DNA from: the human T2T-CHM13v2.0 reference genome, Homo sapiens
Reading direction: 5' to 3' (one strand)
Length of the DNA stretch: 64,000 nucleotides
Assembly: GCF_009914755.1 (NCBI RefSeq)
Contig: NC_060942.1
Shown: piece by piece, positions 1-15,505 of the stretch
Position numbering within the stretch: position 1 is the first letter of the stretch
Layout of the letters: every line of letters starts with the position of its first letter
Notes under the pieces: generated by a model
Seen by the model: only the letters and a program-made list of their open reading frames with translations
Told to the model about the DNA's origin: nothing
Databases searched by the model: none
Translations under genes and position numbers: made by a program

Positions 1-3000
1 TGGAATTGTTTTCATAATGTCCTTTCAGATTGTTCATTGCTAGTGTACAGACATATACTAGACTTTTGTGTGTCTTCTATCCTGCAATTTGCTGAATTCA
101 TGAGCTCTAATAATTTTTATGAGGATTCTTGAGTATTGTCTATATATAAGATTATGTCATCTGTGAATAGTGATAGTTTGATTTATTCCTTTACAATGTA
201 GATGTGTTATATTTCTTTTCTTGCTTAATTGCTCTGAATAGAACATTCAGTAAAATGTTGAATATGTGTCAAAGTAGAAATTATTGTATTGTTCCTGATA
301 ATAGGGAAAAAGCATTCAGTTTTTCAGTTGAATATGATGTTAGCTGTGAGGCTTTTCATGAATGCCCTTCACCATCTTGAGGAAGTTTCCTTGTATTCCT
401 GTTTTGCTGACTGCTTTCTTTCTTAAATCATGAAAGACCTCTGGATTTTGTCTGATACCTTTTCTGCATCAATTGAGATGACTATATGGGTTGTTTTCTT
501 TTTCCTTTCTTCAGTTAACGTGGTGTGTTGTATTGATTGACTTTGTTATGTTGAACTACCCTCGCATTTTTGGGATAAATCCCACTTAATCATGATGTGT
601 AATCTGTTTAATATGTTTCTGGATTCAGCTTGATAGAGTTCTGTTGAGGATTTTTCCACCTGTATTTGTAAGGGATTTGTATGTAGTTTCTTTTTCTTGT
701 AACATGTTCACCTGGCTTTGGTATTTGGGTGATGCAGAACTCATAAAATATTTAGAAGTGTTCCCTTCTCTTCTACCTTTTGAAGAATTTGAGAAAGTTT
801 AATTTTAACTCTTCAAATGTTTGGTAGAATTCACCAATGAAGTCATCTGGTACTGGGATTTTCTTGTCTTGTTTTTTTAATTACTGATTCAATTTCTTTA
901 CTTGTTTTAGATCTGTTGATATTGTCTGTGTCTCATTGAGTCAGATTTCATAGTTTATTATTTTTAGAATTAATTCATTTTATCTAGATTATCTAATTCA
1001 TTGGCCTACACTTTTTAATAGTATTGCCTTAAAATCTTTTTTGTTTCTTTAAGGTTGTATTTTTAATTCTAATGCTAGTAATTTGAATCTACTCTCCTTT
1101 TATTTTTCAGTTTGTTAATTTTCTTGATCTTTTCAAAGAACTAACTTTTGCTTTTGTTGTTTCACTCTTCCTATTCTATTGTTTTATTTCTTTCCTTCTA
1201 ATAGCTTTGGATTTAGTTTGTTTTTCTGGTTCCTGAAAGTGTACAGTTTATTGATTTGAGATTTTCTTTCTTTTTTATGTAGCTATTAACATCTACAAAT
1301 TTCTATATGAGCACTGATTTGCTGCCTTCTGTAAGTTTTGGTATGTTGTGTTTTTGCTGTCATTTGTCTCAGAGTATTTTCTTATTTTCTCTTGAAATTC
1401 TTTCTTTGATTCATTGGTTGTTCAAGTTTGTGTTTAATTTCCATGTATATGCGAAATTTCCAGTTTTCCTTTGTTATTGGTTTCTAGTTTCATTCCATTG
1501 TAGTCAGAGAATGTACTTTGTATGATTTAGGTCATTTAAAATTTATTGAGATTTGTTTGTGGCCTAATGTATTGTTATCTCGAAGAATATTTCATTTGTA
1601 CTTGAGAGTGTATATTCTGCTGTTGTTGGGTGGAAAGTTCTATATATGTCTGTTAGGTCTAGTTGGTTTATAGTGTTGTTGAAGTTGCGTATCTTTTTAC
1701 TGATCTTCTGTCCAGTTATGCTATCCATTATTGAAAGTGGGGTATTGAAATCTCCAACTATTATCCTAGAACTGTCCATTTCTCCCTTCGATTCTGTCAA
1801 TGTTGGCATCAAATGTTTAGGAGCTCTGTTGTGTGCCTATATGTTTATGATTATAATATCTTCTTTATGGATTGACCTTTTATCACTATATAATGTTCTT
1901 CATTGTCTCCTGTAACAACTTTTACTTAAAGTCTATTTTCTCTTATATTAGTATAGAATAGACACTGCAGCCCTCTTTTGGTTAGTATTTTCTTGGAATA
2001 TCTTTTTCTACCCTTTTACTTTAAACTTATTTGTGTCTTTATATCTAAAGTGAGTAGCTTGTAGATAGCATACAGCTGGAGCATGTTTCTTTATCCATTA
2101 TGTGAATTTTGGGCTATTAATTAGAAAGCGTGATTCATTTACTTTAAAAGTGATTATTAATAAGAAAGAAATTTCTTTTGCCATTTAAAAATTTGTTTTC
2201 TATATGTCTTTTTAAAAAAATCCTCAATTCTTCCATTACTGCCCTCTTTTGTGTTTAATTGATTTTTTTATAGTGTGCTATTTGGATTTCCTTCGTATTA
2301 TTATTTCTGTATTTGTTTTCTTAGTGGTTATCCTGAGGTTTACAATTAACAATTTTAAATTTGTAACAATCTAGTTTGAATTAATATTCAATTTAGCTTC
2401 AATAGTATGCAAAAACCCTGAATCTATGTTGCTCCATTTGCCCCCTCATGTTGTTATTGTCACAAATTATATCTTTATATATTGTGTGCCTATGCAAACA
2501 GATTTATAATTATTGTTTTATGCATTTGTTCTTAAAATTATATATGGAAAACGAGGCTTTACAAATTTTAAAAATAATAATACTGGATTTAATATTTACC
2601 TAGGTAGTTAACTTTACTGATGTTCTTTAGTTCTTCACGTTGCTTACAGTTACTATCTAGTGTTCTTTCATTTCAGCTTGAAGGCTTCGTGCTGGCATTT
2701 CTTGTAGGGCAGGTGGGTCTACTAGTATTGAACTCTCTTAGCCTTGTTTACTGAGGGATGTCTTAATTTCTCCTCCATTTTGAAGGATAGTTTTGCCAAT
2801 TTATAATTTTTGGTTGACAATTTTTTTTTCTTTTGGCACTTTAAAAATGCCATCCAACTGCCTTCTGGCCTTCACAGTATCTAATGAGGGATAAGTTGGT
2901 AATCTAATTAATGGTCCCTTGTTTGTGACTAGTCACTTTGATCTTGCTGCTTTCAAGATTTTCTCTTTGTTTCTGGCTTTCAACATGTAATAATGTCTCA

Positions 3001-3154
3001 GTGTGAATCTCTTCAAGTTTCTTTTACTTAGAGTTCATTGAGTTTTCTGGATATGTAGATTCATATCTTTCATTATATTTGGGAAGTTTGGGGCCATTAT
3101 TCAAATATTGTTTCTGCTCCTTTTCGTTATTCTCCCTTCAAATATTTTTCCTAA

Positions 3155-3478
<324 letters not shown>

Positions 3479-3562
3479 CTTCTGGGACTTTCATTATGTA
3501 TACATTGGTATGTTGGTATGTGTCTCACATGTCTCTTAGGTTCTGTTTATTTTTCTTCATTC

Positions 3563-5554
3563 ATTCTTTTTTTTTTTTTTTTTTTTTTTTTTAGTATTTA
3601 TTGATCATTCTTGGGTGTTTCTCAGAGAGGGGGATGTGGCAGGGTCATAGGATAATAGTGGAGAGAAGGTCAGCAGATAAACACGAGAACAAAGGTCTCT
3701 GGTTTTCCTAGGCAGAAGTCCCTGCGGCCTTCGGCCCAGTTTGTGTCCCTGGGTACTTGAGATTAGGGAGTGGTGATGACTCTTAAGGAGCATGCTGTCT
3801 TCAAGCATCTGTTTAACAAAGCACATTTTGCACCGCCCTTAATCCATTTAACCCTGAGTTGACACAGCACATGTTTCAGAGAGCAGAGGGTTGGGGGTAA
3901 GGTTATAGATTAACAGCATCCCAAGGCAGAAGAATTTTTCTTAGTACAGAACAAAATGGAGTCTCCTATGTCTACTTCTTTCTACACAGACACAGGAACA
4001 ATCTGATCTCTCTTTCTTTCCCCCACATTTCCCCCTTTTCTTTTTGACAAAACCGCCATCGTCATCATGGCCCGTTCTCGATGGTCGCTGTCTCTTCGGA
4101 GCTGTTGGGTACACTTCCCAGATGGGGCGGCCTGTGAGAGGCACTCCTCACTTCCCAGATGGGGTGGCCGGGCAGAGGCGCTCCTCACTTCCCAGATGGG
4201 GCGGCCGGGCAGAGGCACTCCTCACCTCCCAGACGGGGTGGCGGCTGGGCAGAGGCACTACTTACTTCCCAGAGGGGGTGGCCAGGCAGAGGCGCTCCTC
4301 ACTTCCCAGACAGGGGCGGCCAGGCAGAGGCACTCCTCACTTCCCATTCGGGTCAGCTGGGCAGAGGCGCTTCTCACTTCCTCCCAGACGGGGCAGCTGG
4401 GCAGAGGCGCTCCTCACTTCCCAGAGGGGGTGGCCAGGCAGAGGCGCTCCTCACTTCCCATTTGGGGCAGCCAGGCAGAGGCGCTCCTCACTTCCTCCCA
4501 GAGGGGGCGGCCGGGCAGAGGCATTCCTCACTTCCCAGACGGGGCGGCCGGGCAGAGGCGCTCCTCACTTCCCAGACGGGGCGGCCGGGCAGAGGCGCTC
4601 CTCACTTCCCAGATGGGGCGGCCGGGCAGAGGCACTCCTCACCTCCCAGATGGGGTGGCGGCTGGGCAGAGGCGCTCCTTACTTCTCAGAGGGGGAGGCC
4701 GGGCAGAGGCGCTCCTCACTTCCCAGACGGGAGCGGCCAGGCAGAGGCACTCCTCACTTCCCATTCGGGTCAGCCGGGCAGAGGCGCTTCTCACTTCCTC
4801 CCAGACGCGGCAGCCGGGCAGAGGCGCTCCTCACTTCCCAGAGGGGGTGGCCAGGCAGAGGCGCTCCTCACTTCCCATTTGGGGCAGCCGGGCAGAGGCA
4901 CTCCTCACTTCCTCCCAGAGGGGGCGGCCGGGCAGAGGCGCTCCTCACTTCCCAGATGATGGATTGCCAGGCAGAGACGCTCCTCACTTCCTAGACAGGG
5001 TGGCGGCTGGGCAGAGGCGCTCCTCACATCCCAGATGGGGCGGCCGGGCAGAGGCGCTCCTCACTTCCCAGATGGGGCGGCCGGGCAGAGGGGCTCCTCA
5101 CATCCCAGACGATGGGTGGCCAGGCAGAGATGCTGCTCACTTCCTAGACGGGGTGGTGAGTGGGCAGAGGCCGTAATCTTAGCACTTTGGGAGGCCAAGG
5201 CAGGTGGCTGGGAGGTGGAGGTTGTAGCCAGCCGAGATCACGCCACTGCACTCCAGCCTGGGTAACGTTGAGCATTGAATGAGCGAGACTCCATCTGCAA
5301 TCCCAGCACCTCGGGAGGCCGAGGCAGGCAGATCATCTGAGGCCAGGAGCTGGAGACCAGCCCGGTCAACATGGCGAAACTCCGTCTCCACCAAAAATAC
5401 AAAAACCAGTCAGGAGTGGCGGCGCGTGCCTGGAATCCCAGGCACTCGGCAGGCCAAGGCAGGAGAATCACCGGAGCCCGAGGGAGGGAGGCTGCAGTGA
5501 GCCGAGATCATGGCAGTACAGTCCAGGCTCCGCAAGAGAGGGAGACCGTAGAAA
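3563..5554 (-). mobile_element. SVA retrotransposon (SVA_A-like), lacking the CCCTCT hexamer head
   Basis: On + strand: poly(T), SINE-R (~3592-4110), GC-rich VNTR (~4113-5170), Alu-like domain (~5170-5554). 15-bp TSD tatttttcttcattc at 3548-3562 and 5555-5569. Confidence 0.95.
4113..5170. repeat. SVA VNTR (~37-42 bp units, gggcagaggcgctcctcacttcccaga...)
   Basis: Directly visible tandem units. Confidence 0.95.
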
Positions 5555-7766
5555 TATTTTTCTTCATTCTTTTTTCCTTCTGCTCCTCAGACTGGATAAT
5601 TCTAACTGAAAGATCCTTAAGAACACTGATTTTTTCTCTTAATTTCTATGTTTATTTAAAAACAAAAACAAAAATATTTAAAAAAGAACACTGATTTTTT
5701 TATTCTGCCATCTCAAATATGCTGTTGAACTGACCTAGTGAATTTTCCATTTTACTTACTGTATTTTTCAGCTCCAGGATTTCTAATTCTACTTGGTTTC
5801 TTTTCTTATTTCTATCTCTTTATTGATAGTCTCTATTTGGTGAAATATTATTCTCCTCGTTTCCTTTATGTCTTTGAGCATATTTAAGACAACTGATTCA
5901 AAGTCTTTGTCTAGCAAGTTCGATGTCTGGCTTTCCTTGGGGACAGTTTTCATTAATTTCCTTTTGTCTTGTGAATGGGCCCCATGTTCTTATTTCTTAG
6001 CATGCCTCATAATTTTTGTTGCAAATTGGTTATTTCAAATATTTATATATCAAATATTATGTGATAATTCTGGAAATCAGATTTTTACCCTTGCCCAGGG
6101 TTTATTGTTGCTGTCTGTTATGGGTTGGAGTGGTTTGTTTAGTGACATGTTTCCAAACTATTTTTGTAAAGACTGCATTCTTTGTTGCACATGGTCACTG
6201 AAGTGTCTGTTCTGTTAGCTTAGCTGTTAGCTAGAGATTTCCCTAAGTGCCCAGAGGAAAAAAAAACACCAACCCCCCACTAAGAAAAAAACAATACTCC
6301 TGGGTTTTCAGATTGATTTCTGTTGAGGAAACTCATTTCATGTTTAGCCGGGCTGTTTACAACTCTGCCTTAGCCCTCACTTCCTGCTTGCACAGAGCAT
6401 AGAAGCAGCCAGAAGTAAAAGCTTAGGGTCCTTTCTGGTCTTTCATGAACATAGTTCTGGTCCTGGGCATTAGTATAACCTTTTCGTTTCCTTGGTATGC
6501 ATGGGAGCTTTTCAAAGCCTTTGTTCCCCTGTGTATCTCTTTCCCCAACTCCTTCCTTCCCAGATTTTTTTGGCTTGCCTGCTGCCTGCCCTTTAGGGGC
6601 TACTTCTAGTATATTTACCTTTAAATGCATTTGACAAACACTGCCTGGAAAGCCACTTATCTCTGAGAAAACTCTATGGTGGGCAAAACAAAGTTTAGCC
6701 CCATGGACGAATCCCTCAGGGAGCCACCAGGCAGATCAATGTCCACCTACACAGTTCTCCAAGAACAAGCCCACACTGCTCTATCTAGCACCAGCAAGCT
6801 GCACCATGAACACAGGTCCTGTGTTCATGGCTACTGCCATGCTCTGGAACAAAGGATCATGGACAGATGTGTTGAAATGCTACCACAATCTCTTCACAAA
6901 TTTCAGCAGTTTCTTCCTCTTTAGTCATTCTCCTTGTTGTTGTAAGTTTTTAAATTAAATTCCAGAGATATGAAAAAGCTTATTGTAACAACTTTTGCTT
7001 GCATAATCATTGTTTTAGTGAAAGGAGTTAGTTTTGGAGTTCCCTATTCTATTTTCAATCACATAATAATGTTTTAACCTAAACTTGTCTAGAATTGTTA
7101 TTTCTGTGTTGTATTTAATAACACAAATTTTGCTGATCCCAGAAAATATCTCTGATGCAAAATCTATTATGTGCTGAAAGCACAAGACCTTGCCAAATCT
7201 TAAAACCAAAATTTTAAAATATGTTTTTATAATAGGCACTGAAGTATGGCCTACTCTATATTTTTTAAAATCTTTGATTAACTCAAAATAAAATCTTTGT
7301 ATTTATTGACCCTGTTTTAAAAACTCAAGTCTTTCTCTTTTCTAATACATTTTATAATCTGTTTCTTTAAAATAATACTGTTTACAAACAGAAAGCTGGA
7401 TACCAATGCTGTTTTACTGTGTTCCATCTCTCAGAAAAGACTCCAGAACAACTTTCAGGAATGGGAGCTTGGCTCTTTATAATTGTCAGGTTATTTTGGC
7501 ACATGTGGGGGATCTGTGACTTTACAACCTTGCCCCACAAGCTCTAGTTCTACAACCTTATCACCAGGCACTATGGTATAAGAAAAGCAACTATCATGTA
7601 AAATTTTGCTGCACATACCAACATCTTATAACAAACAAGTACAAAAATGGTTATTCCACTTATTCCTGTAAGGTCTATGAAGTCCCAGCATTGTTCTTCA
7701 TGCTAATTACATGACCTAACTGCTTTCTTCCTGGGAGTCATGCAAAGACACAACGGAATGTGAAGG

Positions 7767-8121
7767 TGCTATGGCTTGAATGTTACCAAATCTACTGTGG
7801 AAACTGGATCCCCAGTGTTGGAGGTGGGGCCTAATAGGAGGTGTCTGGGCCATGGGGGTGGATCCCTCACTCTATTAGTTCCCATGAGAGCTAGTTGTTA
7901 AAAAGAGCCTGGCACCTCGCCCTTCTCTCTCGCTTCCTTTCTCACTATGTGATCTCTACACAGCTCCCCTTCACATTCCACCATAAGTAGAAGCAGCCTG
8001 AGGCCCTCACCAGATGCCCAATCTTCCAGCCAGCAGACTGGTGAGCCAAATAAACCTTTTTTCTTTATAAATTACCCAGTCTCATGTATTGCTGTATAGC
8101 AAAAACAGAGCAGATAAGATA
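7767..8121 (+). mobile_element. MaLR solo LTR (MST-type)
   Basis: tgctatggcttgaatg start, ggaggtggggcct, and aataaacc...ataaattacccagtctc end motifs. Confidence 0.85.
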
Positions 8122-10937
8122 AATAGCAGGTTAGCTAATCCTAGATGGTATGACTTAAGTCAATTACTCTAAATTCAAACACATATTTTGGTAGTTTTTC
8201 ACTAATTTTTACATGGCCGCCATTAAGTAAATTGATCAATGAGGCTAAGCCCATCCACTATTTAAGAACAGCAAATATGTTGCAACAAACAGGACTTTTA
8301 CACTTAAAGAAACCTTGGAAACAATCTAGTTCTACTCCACACACAATGCTGTGATCCTCTCAATGCTGTAACTGATAGAGAATTTTCCATGTCAGCTTGG
8401 TCACTTCCAGAGACATTACTCAGATCTCCAAAGCTTCTCATTCCATTTTGGAAGACTTGTAATTTCTTTCCTGATAGCACTTGGACACCACTGCTTTAAG
8501 TCACTGCTCCATTCTTGCACCTTTGGTCAAGCTCCAGTTTGACAAATTAACATTTCTATGAAAATGCTGAATAAAAGAAATGTAGATGAATCAATGAAAA
8601 TAATATTAGTACCACTACTTCCCCTATCCTGGACCAATTCTGGTGAAATAGATAAATTATAGTTTTTAAAATAAGATTTACATTCATTTTAGAATTGATA
8701 TTCTCAAAGATTTGGAAGCCAGAGTTATCTCTTTTATGTTACATGATGTAGAAATGCAAAGATTCAATAAGCCATTAGTATAAGAACTTGCAAAGATTGA
8801 AAGTTTTTCAGAAATAAATAATTTATATGTACTTGTTGCATCTATCTGGAAGCTATCGCAGTGCTATGTCAACTTTATCTCTGTTTTTGGCATCTATGGC
8901 ATGCATCATATGTAATTCACAAAATAGCAGATACTGTGTGAAGATACTTGCTGAAATATTTTACCTTTGACAGATTCAGTGCTTATCAAAGCTCATAGAA
9001 GATACTTAATTGCAATGGAAGAACCAGATTAGTCTGCATGGCAAGACATTAGTGCATGTCAAGATTGCTGTTGAAGCCAGGACTGCTGAGTTTTATTTCC
9101 ATGAGAGACCGAGAAGCTTCGAGAGCTGGACATTTTTTCAGGGAAAGATAAAATGGGGAACATCACCTTGGTCTGACAGCAAGTGGTTGTATTTAGAGCA
9201 GAGAAGTGGAGAAGTGGGCTGTCAACTTATATTTTGATTATCTTAGTGCTTTATTGTTTGTGCTTTTGAATGGTTGATTTCTATTCTTGGCTTTGATCTT
9301 ATTGCATTCATTTATATTGTATGGTTAAATTGTTTGAGTTCTTTAATTTGCAATCAGCATTTCTTTATTTACTTATTTATATCCCACTTTATTCCAAAAA
9401 TGATTCAAGGCAGCTTACGGAAATACCTACAATTCAAGAAGACCAAATAAAGTATAAAAATAGCTGAGTGCATCTGGACAACCAGAATGTAGGGCTGTGA
9501 AAACAAGAACAATCCAGATGTGGCCTTGGAATACTTAGGCTGTGCTGTCAAATCTTAAACTCTAGCTGTAGTTGAGCCATATTTAATGTCAGCCTTTCTA
9601 GATGCTAACGTGGTAATGTGGCTTAAAATTTCATATGACTTGAACAAGTTAATTGCTCAGGAAAAAGCACAATTGTTTCTGACAGCAGGGAGAGATTTCC
9701 CATTTGTGGGAAATTTATTAAACACAGAGGAATTCACTTATTTATTGCTCAGCATGGTACACTCATTCCAGTTAGGAATATAGACGCTGGTGTATCTTTT
9801 AGAATATGGATTAAGGATACCAATGCTACATACCCTAGGTCTGCCCCACATTCCATCCAAGCATGGACGTTTTCGGTTAAATTTACAACCCTGGGTCCAT
9901 CTGAAATTAGCCTTCACTGCTCCAAGGATCCTTAGAAAACATAATTCTCTTATTTGTGTGTACCTTTGATGTATGTGGCTTTTATGTTTGAATTACTGCA
10001 TTAAACACAGAGGTCTTCCTTACCAGGGCTTTGTGTAGCAAGATTTTACTTTCATCCTTCAGTTAAATCTAATTAAGAAAATTAACTGAAGGAACTTTCC
10101 ATAAAAATGAGATGTTATTATGTGCTAATGAAAGGCAGATTGATGGAGCAAGTCTCCTAGTTACGCAAGTCATAAACTCGAGGTCTCATTCCCATCAAAG
10201 AGGCTTAACTGTCTGTTCCCAGAGCTTTCATGTAATTAAGGTATGCTCTTATTAGGTGTCAATAAATGCCCAGAGGGTGCAGTCTGTATGTGGAGTATGT
10301 TCTGCTGAATATTTGATGTGACGGTTTTTGTTAAACCTATCCAAGTTTAAAACTCTAAATTGCTCTCCTTCACAGCGACACCACTTATTGTGTAACCTCC
10401 ATGTGGAAGGGTCCTTGCTTTACAAAATGTATCCAAGGATGTTCTTGGATAGACTCTTGTTGGGGGAGGGGTGATCATGACCATCTTCATCCTCAGAGGG
10501 CTTAGAGGGTCTCCATGTGCCCAGCCTCATAAGTCTCTCTCTCCTCTGAAGTTAATCATGGCTGTGTCTCTCACCTTCATGACAGCTCTCTCACACAATG
10601 GCTGGGAGTGAGGAGTTACTTTTTCCAGGGTCCCTCCTGCCCGGCCAGTCTACTCCTGACCAATGACAGCAGACCTCAATGGCAAGGCTTCGCATGGAGT
10701 CCGGAGGATCTCAGCATTGGAAGCACAAGGCTAAGAATTCTTATTTCCCTCAGTCGCGGATCCCCTTGTGCTGCCTGGGAAGGGACGGCCTTCCAGATGC
10801 GAGCCCACAGATGCCACCCTCTCTCCTGAGTTCTCCCTGTTCCTTTCTTCTTATCTTCTGGCAGAGGGATTTCTTAAAGTCCTCAATCCAGGGCAGCTTC
10901 TCCTCTGGGAAATAAATCCCTGCTCTTCCTAAGATGG

Positions 10938-11080
10938 GTGTGTGTGTATGTGTGTGTGAGAATCTGTGTCTGTATTTGTGTGTGTGTCTATGTGTCTCTA
11001 TGTATGTTTGAGTATATGTGTGCCTGTGTGATGTGTGTGTCTGTGTGGTATATGAGTGTCTCTGTGTGTGTCCCCATGGG

Positions 11081-11111
<31 letters not shown>

Positions 11112-11142
11112 AGTGTGTGTCTCTCTGTGTGTGGTGTGTGTG
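10938..11142. repeat. Complex (TG)n microsatellite
   Basis: Interrupted TG repeats with a pure run at ~11085-11111. Confidence 0.95.
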
Positions 11143-11776
11143 GGTGGGGCAGGGATGCCCTCTGGGTCTTCTTTGCCCTACACACTAGCATCCGGGCTTC
11201 ACGGGGGCTTCTTCCTTGCCGGGTCACAGCCTGCTCGCCACAGAAGGAGACGTGCAGCCCCATAAATGGATGGGAGGAGCATCCACTGCTCCTCAGCGCC
11301 CTGCCAGCCTGGCTGAGGCTGATTTCCTTACTGGAGGCAACCAAGCCACAGCCAGATGAGCACTGCTTCTTTCTTTTCTTTTATAATAATTATCATTTTA
11401 AGAAGCATTTGACCCTTTCCTGGAATTGCTTATAATGCAAGAGTCAACCCCAAATCTTCATTTTTAAAATTTTGAACCTCCAAATGTGAAAAATACCAGA
11501 CTTACTCAAACTTATCTTTTCTTCCAAATCTCATATCATCAGTCTTCAACCTGTTCCCCCAACCTTCAGGCTCAGGATGCACCCTGTAACATGCCAAGGA
11601 AACATCACTTATTCAGTTGATGGATACTACAGTGAGTGCCACATTTGCAGAAAGTGCTGTGCTAGTTGCTCTTAGATTGGCCTCCACAGCCTCACACCTT
11701 AACTGCAAGTGGCACTCTCAGGCACCAGGGTCCCAGGCTCTTGGAAGCTTATTCTCCACTGATGAGTCTTTCCTCA

Positions 11777-12265
<489 letters not shown>

Positions 12266-15200
12266 ACTATTATCCCCCAGCTTTCCCTGTGCTGTTGGGA
12301 TGCAGCTCATGTCCAGCCCTCCCTAATGCACCCCATGCCTCACCCCCTTGGAGGGGGAAGGTTTAGTCTCCTTGGCAACACTTTCCATATTTCTAGTTTC
12401 TAAAATTGTGATTTACTATCTGTCTCTTTTGCTGTGAAAGTGAGCTCCTCAAGGGAAGGGACTGTTCCCGACTTGTCCCTGCTGGTGCCCTTGGCAGATC
12501 TCAGTGCCTTGCACATGGAACACTTTTGGCAAAACATGTTCTGATGAGCAAGCAAACACTGCATGTGCCATCTGGGTCCCCTACCAGCGTTAGAGCCTCG
12601 CTTCATTAAAAACTGCTCTATACAGAATTCAAAGTTTCAGAATATTACAAAATCTGAACAGAGAGTAAACAGATTTCATCATAGGACTGGGAGTAAAAAG
12701 AGCAGAACTTCAGCTTCAAAAATTCTTGTGTATCATCTAAAAATATTCTATATAAAACATATAGATTTTTGTCCTACTATAAATGTTACACTAATTCCCT
12801 ATCTAAAACTATTGTCAGGAGCAAAGTTCATTGTGAATGATATTCTGTGCAAAAAGCTCCAGTACTTACCTAAGAATCAGAAAGAGAATTCTTTACTCAG
12901 GATGCAGAAAAAAAGAATCTCTCTGGGAAAATTACACACAGATGGTCCCAGCAACAAGTGGGAAGATTTATGTGTTTCCTGTTCAATGTCTCAACAGTAA
13001 GGTAGTGCATGCTCTTGCTACTGTGAGAATCAAAAGACAGACAGACCCTCACACCAACTCCTGGAACCTCACTTAGGCTGGCCAGGGCCTCAAACTGGTC
13101 TCTGGGAGCTGAACTTGACCCACCTGATAGGGAAGCCTGTGCAAGGTGTGGGGTGGAGGGGCACGTTCACGGTAACACCTTCTCATACAACCCAGGAGTC
13201 TTGAAATATGGATAAAGGACAGGTTAAAGTTGCCAAGTTCTGCTGTTTTCGTAAATTCATATTTTTAATAAATAAGATGTATAAAATTATAATTCAGTAA
13301 GAGCATTGATTTGGAAGCCTGTTTTGAATATCAAAGACATATGCTGTAGTGTAAACTGGAAGTTATCTGCTGGTCAGCGCTTATCTAAATTATAGGTTCC
13401 ATCTTGGCTTTAAAGGTTAACACCATAAAATTCAAGTTCTACCATGGTAAAGGCCACAGCTCAAAGAATGACTGAAACGGAAGCTTGGGGATGGCTTGGA
13501 GACAGACACATTCAGGTGTACTGCTGTTTTGTCCTCAGCCTGCACCATGAGAGAAGGACCTTTCTCTCTTCATCTGTAGGATCAGCACTGAAGCTCAGGA
13601 ACAGAGGAAATTAAAGCAAGTCGTTGTTAAGGTAGAAACTCTTCCTGGAATTGCCTGCAAATGCTGCATCCTCATCATGGTTCCATGTGTCTGTGTGGCT
13701 ACTGGTGTGGCTTTTACGTAACTCACTGGATGGAAGTTGTCAGCTCACTTGTGGTTCTGTTCTGAGAATGATGTGGGATGGGTGGCAGAATGCCAACCCA
13801 GGGCAAAAAGAAGCCATGCAGAGAATGCCCTTCCAAAGGCAACAAGGCTGAAGGGAGGGCAGCAGCAAGCTAGGGCCTGCACTTCAGATGAGCAACAGAA
13901 ACCTGTCCAGGAAGGTTCCTGTGGGGATGCTGGAGATGAGGATGAAAAGGAGAAGCTGAAAACCTGAGCTACAGGAGTGAGACAGGAGAAACTGGTAACG
14001 GGAAAACAACATGGGGCACAGTGGGAAAGTGGGCACTTGGCTTCTAAATGGAACTCGAGCAGGTTCTGACGACTCCTAAGCTGTTCTCCTTAGGGGACAG
14101 AGACAGCTTAAAGCATCAGCACAAGAGCTGAGCGCCTGGTCCCGGCTTGGCTGGGGAACATGTGAGTCTTGACTGGAAGTCTCTTCCCTCCCTCGTTTTG
14201 CTTTGTAACTTTCTGCTTTTAGTTACATCTCTTTTTTTTACTCAAACAGTTTGAAAGAACTGACGGAAAAAAGCACCTTATTCCAAGTTATTTGTCCTGG
14301 TCCTGGTAACTTGGACTGATATTAAGAGTCCCAGTTTAGATCCAGAGGCTGACTGTGAGAAATAGAAGAAATCCTTAAGCAGAAGGTCCTCCCCTCCCCT
14401 CCAAGCTGGCCTTGGCTGCTTCCATCAGCTGTGGGCCATGTCATCCTGGCTTTTGTCCCTCACTCCTCCCAGAGAGTTAACCCATGAGCCATCAGTCAGA
14501 GAAGTGAGGGGTGGCACACAGGGGTTGGAAACCTAGGCTTCTCCAGTTGGTAAATTTTTCTTCCATTAGTAAAGAAGGACTAAAACAAAGAGGTGCGTGA
14601 GTGCACTGTGACATTGGTGCTCTAAGAAGACCGTGCTGCAGAGGAGAGGATGCATTGAACAGAGGCCAGGTTGGTGGCAGATTGACTAATCAGGAAGAGC
14701 AAGTTGTCCAGCAGGCCGGGCTAGAGAAGGTGTTGACAGCAGCCAGGATGGGGAGCAGTGGACTTCAGCAGGAGAGGTTAAGGAATCTTGGGATTCTGAA
14801 TCCTTCAAGTTCGCTCCATTGAAAGTACTTTATTTCCTAATATTATCAGTGTCTCAATGGTCCCGAGATGTCTACAATCATCATTAGAAGTGTCTCCTAA
14901 ATACCTGTGCCCCAAAGAGAAGGTCACTTGGGAGTAGGGAGACCATAAGTGCTTGAGAGGCTCTCAACCTGGCTGGACTGCTCTCCGTGCAGTCTGGACA
15001 TCAACAGCTACATTCAAAGATCTCTTAGGTCACCTTGCCTTCTGTAAACCCAATTGTGCTTAGTTGCCTACTGAGTTTAGGTAACCAGGGAGATTTATAG
15101 GGGAGGAAAAAATACAAGAACAAGGTGGAGCTGCAATGTTTCTGGAATGCAGGGACAGCATGTCTCGTTTACTGAGAGGACACATGTTTAACGGCAGTGC

Positions 15201-15505
15201 AGGCACTGGCAGGGTTTTAGTGGCTCTCCTGCACCTGACTGGCTTGGGCTAGGAAGGATTTGCCATCCCAAAGCCCGTGTACTCCCACGCAAGTCAGCTG
15301 TGAGGGATTTCAATGCCTTCTGTGAGCTCAGAAAGGATTCTCTGATCACATTTCTAATAAACGCTCTTGTGGGAAGATCATGAGAACAACAGTACAAATG
15401 ATGGCTCCTATTTACTGAATGTTCCCTATGTGTCCATTCTGTGTAGGCGCCTTGGAGGTATTATTTGTAAAACTGACAGTAGCTCCACAACATAAGCATT
15501 TAGTA

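Noticed and set aside
4044-5176. Three long overlapping ORFs (316, 369 and 266 aa)
   Set aside because: They are translations of the stop-poor GC-rich SVA VNTR, open in all frames and repetitive.
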